Source: a virus. Taken from it: DNA of 64,000 nucleotides. The stretch spans positions 33,764 to 97,763 of the IMG/VR virus record IMGVR_UViG_3300014834_000367; one strand, given 5' to 3'. A model generated the notes under the pieces. It ran no database searches. It was not told the origin of the DNA and saw nothing but the letters and a program-made list of their open reading frames with translations. Shown in pieces: positions 49,114 to 59,121 of the stretch (position 1 is the first letter of the stretch; each line of letters opens with the position of its first letter). Position numbers and translations under genes: made by a program.

Positions 49114-49866
49114 ATGAAAAAGGTAAAAGGCAAGTTGAACATTCCTACTCGTGGCGCCCAAGGCATGCAAACTGGAGTTCCATATTCAGCGCCATCAGCA
49201 GCACAGATGGGGCAAGGCCAGGCTCAAGCCGGCCAACGTCCTCCAGTAATCATGATTGCTGTACCGGCCATGGAAACAGTTCACACTGAATTTGCACAAC
49301 ACTTGGCAATGGCAACTGCCCATCTAACTCGCGCCGGAGCTCTAGTAACTTGTGCTTTTAACATTGGCTCAGTTATCACACTCGCTCGTCGTAATCTAGT
49401 TAATCATTTCTTGCAATCTGGTGCTGATTATATGTGGTGGCTTGACAGCGATATGAAATTCCCAATTGATGCTGGCGTAAGGCTGCTCAATCGTAATAAA
49501 GATATCGTGGGAATTAATTATCGTCGCCGGCGCTTCCCAAATCCAACATTTACCGCGATGGTCGGTAAACCAGGTACTTACACTGAGCTTCAAACTACTC
49601 CAAACTCGCCGCCAATGGAAGCAATTGATGTACTGCCACACGGCTGTGTAATGGTAAAACGTGAAGTTTATCTAAAAGTGCCACAGCCACATTATCTGCA
49701 AGAATATATCCCAGAACTCAACATTGAGCTCGGCGAAGATCTTTATTTCTGCCGTGAAGCGCAAAAAGCTGGTTATACGGTATGGTGCGATCATGAATTA
49801 AGCCGTGAATGTGCCCATATTGGTGTTTTCCACTTTAATTGGGATCTGAGCGTGCCAAATCAATAA
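49114..49866 (+). CDS. GT-A (GT2-like) glycosyltransferase
   Basis: ARRNL, WLDSDM, GED.YFC..A...G..VW.D, HIG. Confidence 0.75.
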   Translation: MKKVKGKLNIPTRGAQGMQTGVPYSAPSAAQMGQGQAQAGQRPPVIMIAVPAMETVHTEFAQHLAMATAHLTRAGALVTCAFNIGSVITLARRNLVNHFLQSGADYMWWLDSDMKFPIDAGVRLLNRNKDIVGINYRRRRFPNPTFTAMVGKPGTYTELQTTPNSPPMEAIDVLPHGCVMVKREVYLKVPQPHYLQEYIPELNIELGEDLYFCREAQKAGYTVWCDHELSRECAHIGVFHFNWDLSVPNQ

Positions 49867-49952
49867 TTTATTAATTTCCGAATAAATATGTAGTTAACTA
49901 CCTGCGAAGATGTTTAAAAAGAACATCTTCGCAATTTATTTGGAGAAATATT

Positions 49953-50777
49953 ATGGGGATCGCTGTTTCTACTCTATATAATACACAGCCAGACACCAAA
50001 ATTGATTGGAAGCAAGATTGGAAAGAAGATACTAAAATGGATTTTCTTCTTGATGATGCTCTGCCAGTCGGTACAATGACACAGACCCTATGCGCCACGA
50101 TAGATCCTATTGGACAAGGCACTCCAAATTGTATGTGGATTGGTAACCTCGGGCAGGTTAATGGATTATCTGCAACAGAATTCATCAAAGTTAGAAATGA
50201 AACATACGGCATTGAGCTGGCGATGAGAATTCGTTCACGCTCAAGTAGCGTTAATACTGCTACTATGCTTTTAAGCGGTGCGCCAGGTGAATTGATTACT
50301 TGCCGTGTTCCGGCTCTCGCGATGCCTTCAGCGTATCGTTTGGCTTGGCAATTTGACTACTCTGTTGTTACCGGAATTTCTGGCACACAGAGCAGATTAT
50401 CAGACTTCGAAATCAAGATGCTTTGGGATATGGATCCAACAACAGAATCTTTTGATCTAGCTGCATCAACCACGCTTGTCTTAAATTACGCCGGTAACGG
50501 CAATTGGTCAACAACTGACCTGCGAGCTATTAATCCTATCGTTGTTACGCCTGACGCAGGCATGACATCAAGAAATGCTGATAGAACGAGAGTTGAACAG
50601 GACAGCTCAAATCTTGGATTTGACATTCTGCTTCCATTTTTGCGCCCAAATCTTCCAGCAAATTGGCCTTCTTCAACAGGCACTCATCACCTCTATATGA
50701 TTGCTTCAATCGGTGGCCAAGAAGTCGCAGCAATTAGAACCAAAATTATGGTAGTCCCAGGAGCTGCTTGGATTTAA
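49953..50777 (+). CDS. Hypothetical beta-rich late protein
   Basis: AATAAATA and GGAG upstream; GIELAMR...WQFDYSV. Confidence 0.55.
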   Translation: MGIAVSTLYNTQPDTKIDWKQDWKEDTKMDFLLDDALPVGTMTQTLCATIDPIGQGTPNCMWIGNLGQVNGLSATEFIKVRNETYGIELAMRIRSRSSSVNTATMLLSGAPGELITCRVPALAMPSAYRLAWQFDYSVVTGISGTQSRLSDFEIKMLWDMDPTTESFDLAASTTLVLNYAGNGNWSTTDLRAINPIVVTPDAGMTSRNADRTRVEQDSSNLGFDILLPFLRPNLPANWPSSTGTHHLYMIASIGGQEVAAIRTKIMVVPGAAWI

Positions 50778-50779
50778 TT

Positions 50780-51967
50780 ATGAAACTTTACCAGCTGTTA
50801 ACTGAAGCAAAAAAGATGATTGACGTCTCAGCCACGCTTGAAAGTGTGGCTGAGATTTTAACACAGGCTGGTATTCATAAAAGTAAATTAGAAGATTTAC
50901 GTTGCAGATTATCTGAGCTGACTCCAGTGTTAAATGGCACCGGTTCGGTTTACAATCGTGATTGGGTTAAATTAAAAGAATCGCTGATTCTTATTTTTAA
51001 TGAAGCATTCGAAAAAATATATTTCGAAACAGCTGTAACAGAAGATAGTTCTGATGAATGGTATTTTAGCACGAGCCCGCATTTTCATTTAAGCCAAACA
51101 ATCGCGCCGCAGCTTTCAACCAATGTTTCTAAAAATGTTAGGCAACTAAATTCTTCACTTAAGCAGCTGGGTGATGACGAGGCATCTGATGCTCTAAAAT
51201 TAAAATTGAAAAAATTAAAACAACTGGCCGAAGCGTATGCAGAATTGATTGAGGCGCAAAGAATCGCAAGTGAAAAAGTTATAGCCAAAAGACGTCAAGC
51301 TGCAACAATTCCGGCCAACTTGCTTGAGGATTCTAACTTCAAGTTGATAGTCGACTCGTTAAAAGATTTAATCGCCAAACCGCTTAATACTCTTGAAAAA
51401 GATTTAAAAGAAGAGTTTCACGATAAAATAACACGTCTGCGAGCTAAAATAAAAAGACTCGACGGTAAAGTAGTTGCGCCAGGGCATGATGAAGCTGGTG
51501 ATTTAACCGCTGGCGAACTGCAGCTGTTCATAAAGTTGTTTGATTATGAAAGTGTAGATTCGTATTCTGGAAAAAAAGCAAAAACTCTTTTTGTTAATAT
51601 TAGGCCAACAGAATTTATTAAATCGTATGCAGCTGAAAAAGCAAAGAAAGAAAGAGATGAAATTGAGGCTACGTTTATTGCAAAAAATGCAAATAAGCTT
51701 TTGGCCATCATTAAGAACAAAAAAGAAGCACCATCAATCGAGCAGCTTGGAGAGCCAAAAGTTACAGCAGGCTCGATCACCACTACATTAAAATTTATTT
51801 TCCCAGACGGCGCCCACTTTACAGTTATAAATAAAGTTACCACCAACAGGTCTCCAAAGGGTGAAGCATTTTATCAATACCCTATCACATTTCATAACGT
51901 GAGACTAAGCGATGGAACCAAAATTTCTTCACCTTCGGAAGATAAAATGTTAACGCAGTTCAAGTGA
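50780..51967 (+). CDS. Putative internal head protein
   Basis: Leader MKLYQLLTE; helical body. Confidence 0.5.
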   Translation: MKLYQLLTEAKKMIDVSATLESVAEILTQAGIHKSKLEDLRCRLSELTPVLNGTGSVYNRDWVKLKESLILIFNEAFEKIYFETAVTEDSSDEWYFSTSPHFHLSQTIAPQLSTNVSKNVRQLNSSLKQLGDDEASDALKLKLKKLKQLAEAYAELIEAQRIASEKVIAKRRQAATIPANLLEDSNFKLIVDSLKDLIAKPLNTLEKDLKEEFHDKITRLRAKIKRLDGKVVAPGHDEAGDLTAGELQLFIKLFDYESVDSYSGKKAKTLFVNIRPTEFIKSYAAEKAKKERDEIEATFIAKNANKLLAIIKNKKEAPSIEQLGEPKVTAGSITTTLKFIFPDGAHFTVINKVTTNRSPKGEAFYQYPITFHNVRLSDGTKISSPSEDKMLTQFK

Positions 51968-51970
51968 TTC

Positions 51971-52393
51971 ATGAATAAAGATCATTTAGCTAGAATAAAT
52001 TACGATAAAATTATTAATGATAATAGTTTACATTTTATCACCCGCATGACCGCGTTAAATCTCAGAATAAATCCATATTCAACTGTTGGTGATTTTTTTA
52101 ATCGCCTAGCTCGTCGTGAGCTATACCAGCTTCATGATATGGTAATGTCAGTAGAAGACGGAGAAGAAGAATCAATCGACGATTTATTGCTTTTATGTGA
52201 AATGCTTTCAAACGCTGAAGGTATTTTTTCGTCATGCATAGATGAAATTTATATTAATCTGAATTTATTCTGTGTAATGGTTCGTTCAGTTGTAATGCAT
52301 AAAAAAGGAGAACTTGTTGTAAATTTTGAAAATTTATCTTTTGGCTCAGAATATTATGATTCTAAGCCTTTTATCAACCACAAGCAGCAATAA
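51971..52393 (+). CDS. Hypothetical protein
   Basis: ORF in an operon. Confidence 0.55.
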   Translation: MNKDHLARINYDKIINDNSLHFITRMTALNLRINPYSTVGDFFNRLARRELYQLHDMVMSVEDGEEESIDDLLLLCEMLSNAEGIFSSCIDEIYINLNLFCVMVRSVVMHKKGELVVNFENLSFGSEYYDSKPFINHKQQ

Positions 52394-52414
52394 TAACTCA
52401 TAAGGAAAATTAAT

Positions 52415-52693
52415 ATGAAATTCTCACCATTAGCTTGGGCACAGCAAAACGTAGACAAAGTTGCACACGCTTCAGTAAGCTTCGCCATCATGACGCTTTT
52501 GTCATTAATGCTATTAGATGTTCCATTTGGACTTCTCATCAGCTTTGCCGTAACACTCGTAATCGGTCTCTTGAAAGAATGGCATGATGCAGTGAAACCA
52601 CACGGTACCGGTTGGTCAAATGCTGATGTTGTTGCAGATTTAGTTGGAATTCTTGTATCTTTAGTTTCGATTGGTTTACTATTCGGGTTTTAA
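52415..52693 (+). CDS. Small membrane protein (VanZ/YfiM-like)
   Basis: DKVAH...KEWHD...S.AD..AD..G. Confidence 0.65.
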   Translation: MKFSPLAWAQQNVDKVAHASVSFAIMTLLSLMLLDVPFGLLISFAVTLVIGLLKEWHDAVKPHGTGWSNADVVADLVGILVSLVSIGLLFGF

Positions 52694-52814
52694 TAACTTT
52701 TTGCTGATGGTTGAATAAAATCGATCATTAGCAATTTGTTTGTGTATCATAACAACACAACAGCTTTATGTTGATACTTCTAACTAATTTTTCTTCTTTT
52801 ATAAAAATTTTTAT

Positions 52815-53009
52815 ATGATAAAGTACAATGTAGAAATAGTTTTGGCGCAGAAAACCATCTCAACTAAAAAGCGCCAGCTGGACATGTTTGACATAAGTCT
52901 TATGGAAGCTCTGGATTACGTTAAACGCGTTTCTTCGCATGAAGCAGTACTTAACGCCAGAATCATAGACGAGACAGGAAGAGAAATAAACATCTCAAGT
53001 TTGAACTAA
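52815..53009 (+). CDS. Hypothetical protein
   Basis: Short ORF in a gap. Confidence 0.45.
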   Translation: MIKYNVEIVLAQKTISTKKRQLDMFDISLMEALDYVKRVSSHEAVLNARIIDETGREINISSLN

Positions 53010-53013
53010 AGCT

Positions 53014-53043
53014 GTTTACATTTTTCAAGGCAGATGATATAAT
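53014..53043 (+). promoter_or_regulatory. Early promoter
   Basis: GTTTACA-N17-TATAAT. Confidence 0.65.
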
Positions 53044-53074
53044 CATCATACGTTACTCAACCTGGGGTATTACC

Positions 53075-53320
53075 ATGAATCCAACGCCTAAGCTGAAACA
53101 CACTGAAAGCTCAATCATCGAGGCATTCAACGAAATCAACTCCGGAGAGATCAGCAATACTCATTTCTTAGGTGCAAATGTTGTCATGCTGAGCAAATTT
53201 GAGTATGATAAACTTGTCAATCAAATCGAATCTCTTAAAGACGAATTAGAAAAAGCAACCAGCTCCAAGAATAAATCTCTACGGACCATGAATTCTCGCC
53301 AATTTTTACGAAATGAATAA
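53075..53320 (+). CDS. Hypothetical protein
   Basis: Directly follows an early promoter. Confidence 0.55.
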   Translation: MNPTPKLKHTESSIIEAFNEINSGEISNTHFLGANVVMLSKFEYDKLVNQIESLKDELEKATSSKNKSLRTMNSRQFLRNE

Positions 53321-53340
53321 GTCCGCCAAAATAAAATAAC

Positions 53341-53925
53341 ATGGCATATACGTTTCTTTCAGCATTCATTCTTTTGTTCCTGATCATAGATCCATTAGGG
53401 AACATTCCAATCTTTGCGAATGTGCTGAAGAAATTTTCGCCAGCTACCCGTCTTAAAATCATCATTCGAGAACATGCAATCGCATTCACGATTCTGATTG
53501 GATTCATGTTCGCTGGTCAACCATTCTTAAATGCGCTTGGTCTATCTAGCGCAAGTCTGCAAATCGCCGGTGGCTTAATTATGTTTTTGTTGGCGATTAG
53601 AATGATTTTCCCGCCGATTGAAATTAATTCTGAGATCCCTGATCATGAGCCGCTCATTGTTCCGCTCGCGATCCCGGCTGTTGCTGGACCAAGCTCAGCC
53701 GCGACTGTTATGTTGCTCGTTAGCCAGCAGCCAGAATTAATTGTTGATTGGGTTCTAGCGTTGTCAGCAGCAATAGTGTGTAGCTTAATTATTTTAGTTG
53801 CGGCAGACAAATTGCAAAAAGTTCTTGGTCGTAGTTTTGTTATAGCTTTAGAAAAGCTTATGGGATTAATTTTAGTTGCAATCTCTATTGAGATGATGAT
53901 CAGAGGCATTAAGTCAATATTTTAA
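53341..53925 (+). CDS. MarC family membrane protein
   Basis: IIDPLGNIP, IAGG, VPLAIP..AGP, KLMGLIL. Confidence 0.9.
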   Translation: MAYTFLSAFILLFLIIDPLGNIPIFANVLKKFSPATRLKIIIREHAIAFTILIGFMFAGQPFLNALGLSSASLQIAGGLIMFLLAIRMIFPPIEINSEIPDHEPLIVPLAIPAVAGPSSAATVMLLVSQQPELIVDWVLALSAAIVCSLIILVAADKLQKVLGRSFVIALEKLMGLILVAISIEMMIRGIKSIF

Positions 53926-54061
53926 ATTGGAGATTATTATGTTGCGTATGGGCTTATTCTGTGTAGCAGTTTTGTTGATGGTCTATATGATCTTCAAGAG
54001 TGAGTAATATGATTTCCCTTCTAACGATTGCAACAATAATTATTATTTTATTTTACTGCAT

Positions 54062-54340
54062 ATGAAAAAATCACTTTTGCTAATCGCCGTATTCGTTCTT
54101 ACCGTTTTTGTAGGAGTAAAAACGCTCGAATTAATTGAACATTATAGTGTCATTATTGCAGAACATTTTCGCGCTGATCAAAAATTAGATAGCTTGATTC
54201 GTGAGTATGAAGAGCTACGAGCGCGTAATTCACAAATTCGTCGTGAGAAAGGCATTCCTGAACCAGAGGTCAATCAAAACGCAGTTTATATAGATGGCAG
54301 ATTGGTTTTTCGTGAATTGAAAGTTATTCGCGAAGAATAA
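54062..54340 (+). CDS. Membrane-anchored hypothetical protein
   Basis: N-terminal hydrophobic segment and coiled coil. Confidence 0.55.
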   Translation: MKKSLLLIAVFVLTVFVGVKTLELIEHYSVIIAEHFRADQKLDSLIREYEELRARNSQIRREKGIPEPEVNQNAVYIDGRLVFRELKVIREE

Positions 54341-54447
54341 AAAGATTATAATCTTACTCTTTAAAAATACATTTATCATTTAATTCGTAAACAAGTTTAC
54401 GATATAACAATCTTTTGATATAATTGCCGAGTTATTTGGAGAAAAAA

Positions 54448-55290
54448 ATGTCAAAAATGTCAAAAATGTCAAAAAAGTATAGAACTATTTTTATCAGCGA
54501 TGTTCATCTTGGCACAAAAGATTGTAAAGCTGAACTTTTAGAAAATTTTTTGAAGCATAATAGCTGTGATAAATTGTATCTTATTGGCGATATTATTGAT
54601 GGCTGGAAAGTTCAACAAAACAGGTTACGTTGGAAACAATCACATAGCAACGTCCTAAGACGCATTCTTGGCTTCTCCAAGCATGGTTCAAAAGTAATTT
54701 ATGTTGCTGGAAATCATGATGAATTTCTAAGAACATTTATACCGTATGGAATTGGGCTCGGTAATATAACAATTTGTAATCACATTGAACATATTGGAAA
54801 AGATGGTAAGCATTATCTAGTAGTGCACGGTGATATGTTTGATGGGATTACTCGCCTTCATAAGTGGCTCTCTTTACTAGGCGACCGTGCATATGATTTT
54901 GTTTTGGACCTAAACACCAAATTTAATTGGATTAGACATCGCCTCGGCTTTGGTTATTGGTCACTTAGCAAATATCTAAAAAATCGTGTTAAAAAAGCAG
55001 TCGATTTTATATTCCAATTTGAAAAAAATATTTCATCATATTGTAAACGTAAAGGATATGATGGAGTGATTTGCGGCCACATTCATCATGCTGAAATAAA
55101 AGAAATCGATGGAATCACGTATATGAATGATGGAGATTGGGTTGAATCATGTACAGCTTTAGTTGAACATCATGATGGTGCCTGGGAAATTATACATTGG
55201 GGAGAAATGGTAAATGTGGATTCTGATTTTGATGGCAGTTCACGTAAAAAATCCAAACGACATCCCGGGAAGAGTAGAAATAAAGTTTAA
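54448..55290 (+). CDS. PlcP/LpxH-like metallophosphoesterase (probable phospholipase C)
   Basis: FISDVHLG, GDIIDGW, GNHD, HGD.FD, CGHIH, NDGDWVESCTAL. Confidence 0.85.
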   Translation: MSKMSKMSKKYRTIFISDVHLGTKDCKAELLENFLKHNSCDKLYLIGDIIDGWKVQQNRLRWKQSHSNVLRRILGFSKHGSKVIYVAGNHDEFLRTFIPYGIGLGNITICNHIEHIGKDGKHYLVVHGDMFDGITRLHKWLSLLGDRAYDFVLDLNTKFNWIRHRLGFGYWSLSKYLKNRVKKAVDFIFQFEKNISSYCKRKGYDGVICGHIHHAEIKEIDGITYMNDGDWVESCTALVEHHDGAWEIIHWGEMVNVDSDFDGSSRKKSKRHPGKSRNKV

Positions 55291-55384
55291 TAGTGAACAA
55301 GAGTGTATGAGTGCACTTAATAACATGACGTATTGGTTAAAATTTGAATCTTTTAAAGTGATAGGACAATGCAAAAAATCTTAA
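55214..55384 (+). CDS. Small protein (56 aa) overlapping both neighbours
   Basis: GGAG RBS; MWILILMAVHVKNPNDIPGRV...C...C. Confidence 0.5.
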   Translation: MWILILMAVHVKNPNDIPGRVEIKFNSEQECMSALNNMTYWLKFESFKVIGQCKKS

Positions 55385-56370
55385 TTATCACGGATGCCTG
55401 GGCACCACAAGTAAATGGCGTCGTAAGAACATACCAGAATATAATTTCAATTTTGCAAAAACAAGGTGTTGAAATTAAAGTTATTCACCCATACTTGCCA
55501 CAGTTCAATAGATTAAAATTTTCAGCGTATCCGGAAATTGAACTTGTAAAAAACCCATGGAAGATGAAAGCGCTTCTCAGACAATGTGAACTTGAAAACT
55601 ACAACATTCATATTGCTACTGAAGGACCTCTAGGCATATATGCACGATTATTATTACGTAAGAAAAAGTTTACTACCTGTTATCACACCCAATTTCCAGA
55701 ATTTATAGAAGCTAGGACAAAATTGCCAGCATTTTTATTTTATCCATTTTTCCGTTGGTTTCATAACTCTTCAAAATGTTGCATGGTTCCAACTAAAACC
55801 ATGTTCAATTTTCTTAAACAAAAAGGATTTAAATCTCTTGGAATTTGGTCGCGCGGCGTCAATTCAGAAATTTTTAATCCTTCTCGCAAAACTGATAAAG
55901 GAGAACCTTATATCTTATGTGTATCTAGAGTATCACATGAAAAAGGGTTGGATGATTTCTGTAAATTGTCATTCCCGAGGAAAGTTTTAATAGGCGATGG
56001 TCCATACTTGAGTGCTCTCAAAAATACATATCGCGATGTAGAATTTATTGGCAAGAAGGAAGGCGTTGAGTTAGCTGAATGGTATGCCTCAGCTGAAGTT
56101 TTTGTATTTCCAAGCAAAAAAGATACATTCGGAATTGTTATTCTTGAGGCGTTGGCATCTGGTACACCAGTAGCATCATACTGGCAGCCAGGGCCGATGG
56201 AATGCATAAGATTAACTCATAATGGTATGATGAGTGACAATTTGCAATATGCTGTTGACACATGTGCCAAGTCGGTGTTTCGCGATGATGTTTATGAATC
56301 ATCTAAATCTTGGACTTGGAAAGCATCTGCTGAAAATTTTATTGACTTAGTTAAAAAAAGCGTGTTATAA
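55369..56370 (+). CDS. GT4 glycosyltransferase (Agt-like glycolipid synthase)
   Basis: ITDAWAPQVNGVVRT, HIATEGPLG, YHTQFPE, FVFPS..DTFG.V.LEA. Confidence 0.85.
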   Translation: MQKILIITDAWAPQVNGVVRTYQNIISILQKQGVEIKVIHPYLPQFNRLKFSAYPEIELVKNPWKMKALLRQCELENYNIHIATEGPLGIYARLLLRKKKFTTCYHTQFPEFIEARTKLPAFLFYPFFRWFHNSSKCCMVPTKTMFNFLKQKGFKSLGIWSRGVNSEIFNPSRKTDKGEPYILCVSRVSHEKGLDDFCKLSFPRKVLIGDGPYLSALKNTYRDVEFIGKKEGVELAEWYASAEVFVFPSKKDTFGIVILEALASGTPVASYWQPGPMECIRLTHNGMMSDNLQYAVDTCAKSVFRDDVYESSKSWTWKASAENFIDLVKKSVL

Positions 56371-56393
56371 TCTCCCTATACATAGGAGACAAT

Positions 56394-57677
56394 ATGTCAA
56401 ACTTCATTGAAGTTATCAAACAATGTCAGGCTGCAGGCGGAGCTGGCTCCAAGAAAGTAATCATGGAGGCCATCGCAACTGCTGACTTTATTGCTAAAGA
56501 TTTGATCAAAGAAGCTCTTGATCCATATCGCGTATTTGGCGTTAAAAAATATCCCGCGTCAACTGCTGAAGGTTCAGGCGATGAAGCAGCATATAACAGT
56601 TTCTTGGCCATGTTAGATGATCTTGCAAATAGGCGAGTCACTGGCAAAGCCGCTCAACAGCTGGTCGCCGATACGCTCGGTCTGTTTCCGAAAGATGACC
56701 AAAAGTATTTGGCACTGGTCATCGGTAAAGATCTTAAATCTGGTTTTTCTGGAGATACCGTAAACAAGGTTTTTAAAGGATTGGTACCATCTTTCGAGGT
56801 GATGCTTGCTGACAAATGTGAAAGCATCGAGGAATTTGAGAAATCAATCAGCTTCCCTTGTCAAGCAGATTTCAAATATGATGGCCAGCGCACAATCGCC
56901 TTGGTTGAAAATGGCAATGTGACCTACTATGCTCGCTCAGGAAAAGAAAGCGAACATCTCAACGGGCTATTTGATCAAGAATTAATTAAGCTTGCACAGT
57001 GGTATGGCAGTGATATCATCCTTGATGGTGAAGCATTTGCATCTGATTTTACCGAAACGATGAATGCCAAGAAAGAGGGCAATGACGCCGCAAAAGCTAA
57101 TCTCAAACTTCGTGCGTTTTTTATCATGCCGCTTTCTGATTGGAAAGCGCAAAAGACACAGATCACCATGCGGCAAGCTCGAAGCTTTTTGTGTGATGGC
57201 CTTAATTTTATTAAGGCACAAAAGATTATTGTCTCAGAAGGCAGAATGGTGAATGACTATTCTGACATGATGAAATATTGCAACGAAGTAATTGATGTTC
57301 ATAAGCAAGAAGGTTTGATTCTAAAAGATTTTAATGCTGTATATGAATGGGATAGAACAATGTCATGGTGCAAGGTCAAAAGGTTCTATGACGTTGATGT
57401 AAAGATTGTTGACATTTACGAAGGTAGAGCTGGTACTCGGCTCGCTGGAACTCTAGGTGGCCTAATGGTTGAAGGTGAAGATGAAAAAGGCCGTAAGATC
57501 GTCTCTAATGTTGGCAGCGGTTTTAGCGATGAGATGCGAAAAGAAATTTGGGAAAATAAAGATAAGTATATTGGCCAAACTGCGGTAGTAAAATATCAAG
57601 AAATCAGCAAGGCTAAGAATAGCGATACATGGTCATTACGATTCCCAACCTTTGAACATACGCGAGATGATAAATAA
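56394..57677 (+). CDS. ATP-dependent DNA ligase
   Basis: KYDGQR, LDGE, EGLILK, W.KVK, VGSGFSD, SLRFP. Confidence 0.95.
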   Translation: MSNFIEVIKQCQAAGGAGSKKVIMEAIATADFIAKDLIKEALDPYRVFGVKKYPASTAEGSGDEAAYNSFLAMLDDLANRRVTGKAAQQLVADTLGLFPKDDQKYLALVIGKDLKSGFSGDTVNKVFKGLVPSFEVMLADKCESIEEFEKSISFPCQADFKYDGQRTIALVENGNVTYYARSGKESEHLNGLFDQELIKLAQWYGSDIILDGEAFASDFTETMNAKKEGNDAAKANLKLRAFFIMPLSDWKAQKTQITMRQARSFLCDGLNFIKAQKIIVSEGRMVNDYSDMMKYCNEVIDVHKQEGLILKDFNAVYEWDRTMSWCKVKRFYDVDVKIVDIYEGRAGTRLAGTLGGLMVEGEDEKGRKIVSNVGSGFSDEMRKEIWENKDKYIGQTAVVKYQEISKAKNSDTWSLRFPTFEHTRDDK

Positions 57678-57720
57678 ATTGATAAACTTTTTAAACACAT
57701 AAAATATAAAGAGAATTATT

Positions 57721-58203
57721 ATGTCAAAAAACACAAGAATTCTTTTGACCACAAAAAGAGAATTAACTACCCGCTCTCCGGAATTACAGGAATTTTTAGA
57801 ATCTGTATACTTTAAAATTAATGAGGGCACGATTCCTCTTTGGGACTCATACGGAAAAAATTCTTGGACATTATTGGCCGGAAATTACGATACTGATTCC
57901 GATAATGGGTGGTCGGCGCAAATCACATTTGACATTGTTTCTGGTGTAATCTATGAAATTGATGCTATTACGTATGAGCCACTTTCAAATATTCCGCCAT
58001 ATTTGAGTAATATCGGAACGATTCTTCCATCCGCTTGGATCTGGAGAAATTTGGCTTTTGTGAAAAGCGTCGAAAAAGAAGCTGATTTCAGAAATATGCA
58101 AGAAGCATTTTTTGTCGCTTTCGATGATGTGCCATATTTAACTGTCACTAAAGAAAAAGCTTTGGAATGGGTAAAATTTCTCGCAATTAGAAATTGGAAA
58201 TAA
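57721..58203 (+). CDS. Hypothetical protein
   Basis: ORF with no recognised motif. Confidence 0.55.
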   Translation: MSKNTRILLTTKRELTTRSPELQEFLESVYFKINEGTIPLWDSYGKNSWTLLAGNYDTDSDNGWSAQITFDIVSGVIYEIDAITYEPLSNIPPYLSNIGTILPSAWIWRNLAFVKSVEKEADFRNMQEAFFVAFDDVPYLTVTKEKALEWVKFLAIRNWK

Positions 58204-58255
58204 TCAATTTTTAATTTCACAAAATTAATTTTCTTTTCAATAAGGGATTCAATAA

Positions 58256-58762
58256 ATGCATTCATCAATTTTGACATCATTCGCGTGGCCAGGTGAACCT
58301 GAAGAAGCGAGTATTAAATTACGCTTAGTGCAGCGCTTGGCCACATACCATGAAGTCATGACATATGGCAAATATGAATTGGTGCATGGCAGAATTTTAT
58401 TGGTTGGAGATACCCCATCACCAAGCAGGCCTGACGACGTAAATTATCATTTTACGCCATTTTTCTCGATGCATAATTCTTCGCGCTGGCTTAATAAGCA
58501 ACTTGAAAAATATCAAATTGATGAAAGTCGTTTAGCGTGGTTAAATTCAACTAGGTTTGATGGCACCCCAGAAGATGTTCGAATTATTTCATTATTGAAC
58601 CCAAGCAGGATTATTGCCTTAGGCGGCGCAGCTAGCAAATGGTTAGGTAATATTCAACATGAGGTTGTTGGACATCCTCAACATCAGAAACGCTTTTTGT
58701 CTACGCAAGAATATCCATTAATGCAACTTCTTGGTGGAAAATTAATTGAGGAGCAGGCGTAA
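58256..58762 (+). CDS. Uracil-DNA-glycosylase-fold protein (divergent)
   Basis: LLVGDTP, IIALG..A, HP. Confidence 0.55.
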   Translation: MHSSILTSFAWPGEPEEASIKLRLVQRLATYHEVMTYGKYELVHGRILLVGDTPSPSRPDDVNYHFTPFFSMHNSSRWLNKQLEKYQIDESRLAWLNSTRFDGTPEDVRIISLLNPSRIIALGGAASKWLGNIQHEVVGHPQHQKRFLSTQEYPLMQLLGGKLIEEQA

Positions 58763-58996
58763 ATGGCAATTTGCATCTATGATAACTTTGTTACGTTGAA
58801 GCGCGAACTATGGGAAAACGGAAAGCTCATTCTTGATATTTCACAGGAGTTTATGCAGAATATCAAAAATGAATGTGAAATTTGTTTCGGTCTGCGCGTT
58901 GATCGGCAGTTTAAGGCTGGAGCAATTTATGGAGATGCAGCTGCAATTGAAGTGCGTTATTATTATACTCCTGACTATTACGAACACCTAAAATAA
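58763..58996 (+). CDS. Hypothetical protein
   Basis: GAGGAG RBS; terminator gggacccattgggtccc follows. Confidence 0.55.
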   Translation: MAICIYDNFVTLKRELWENGKLILDISQEFMQNIKNECEICFGLRVDRQFKAGAIYGDAAAIEVRYYYTPDYYEHLK

Positions 58997-59121
58997 ATTT
59001 GTAGATTGAATAATTTATGGGACCCATTGGGTCCCTTTTTATTTTTAGCATAAGTAATTGAATTCTTTTATTTTACTTGACATAGTAAATATACATGAAG
59101 TAACTTAACTGAGTATGAAAT

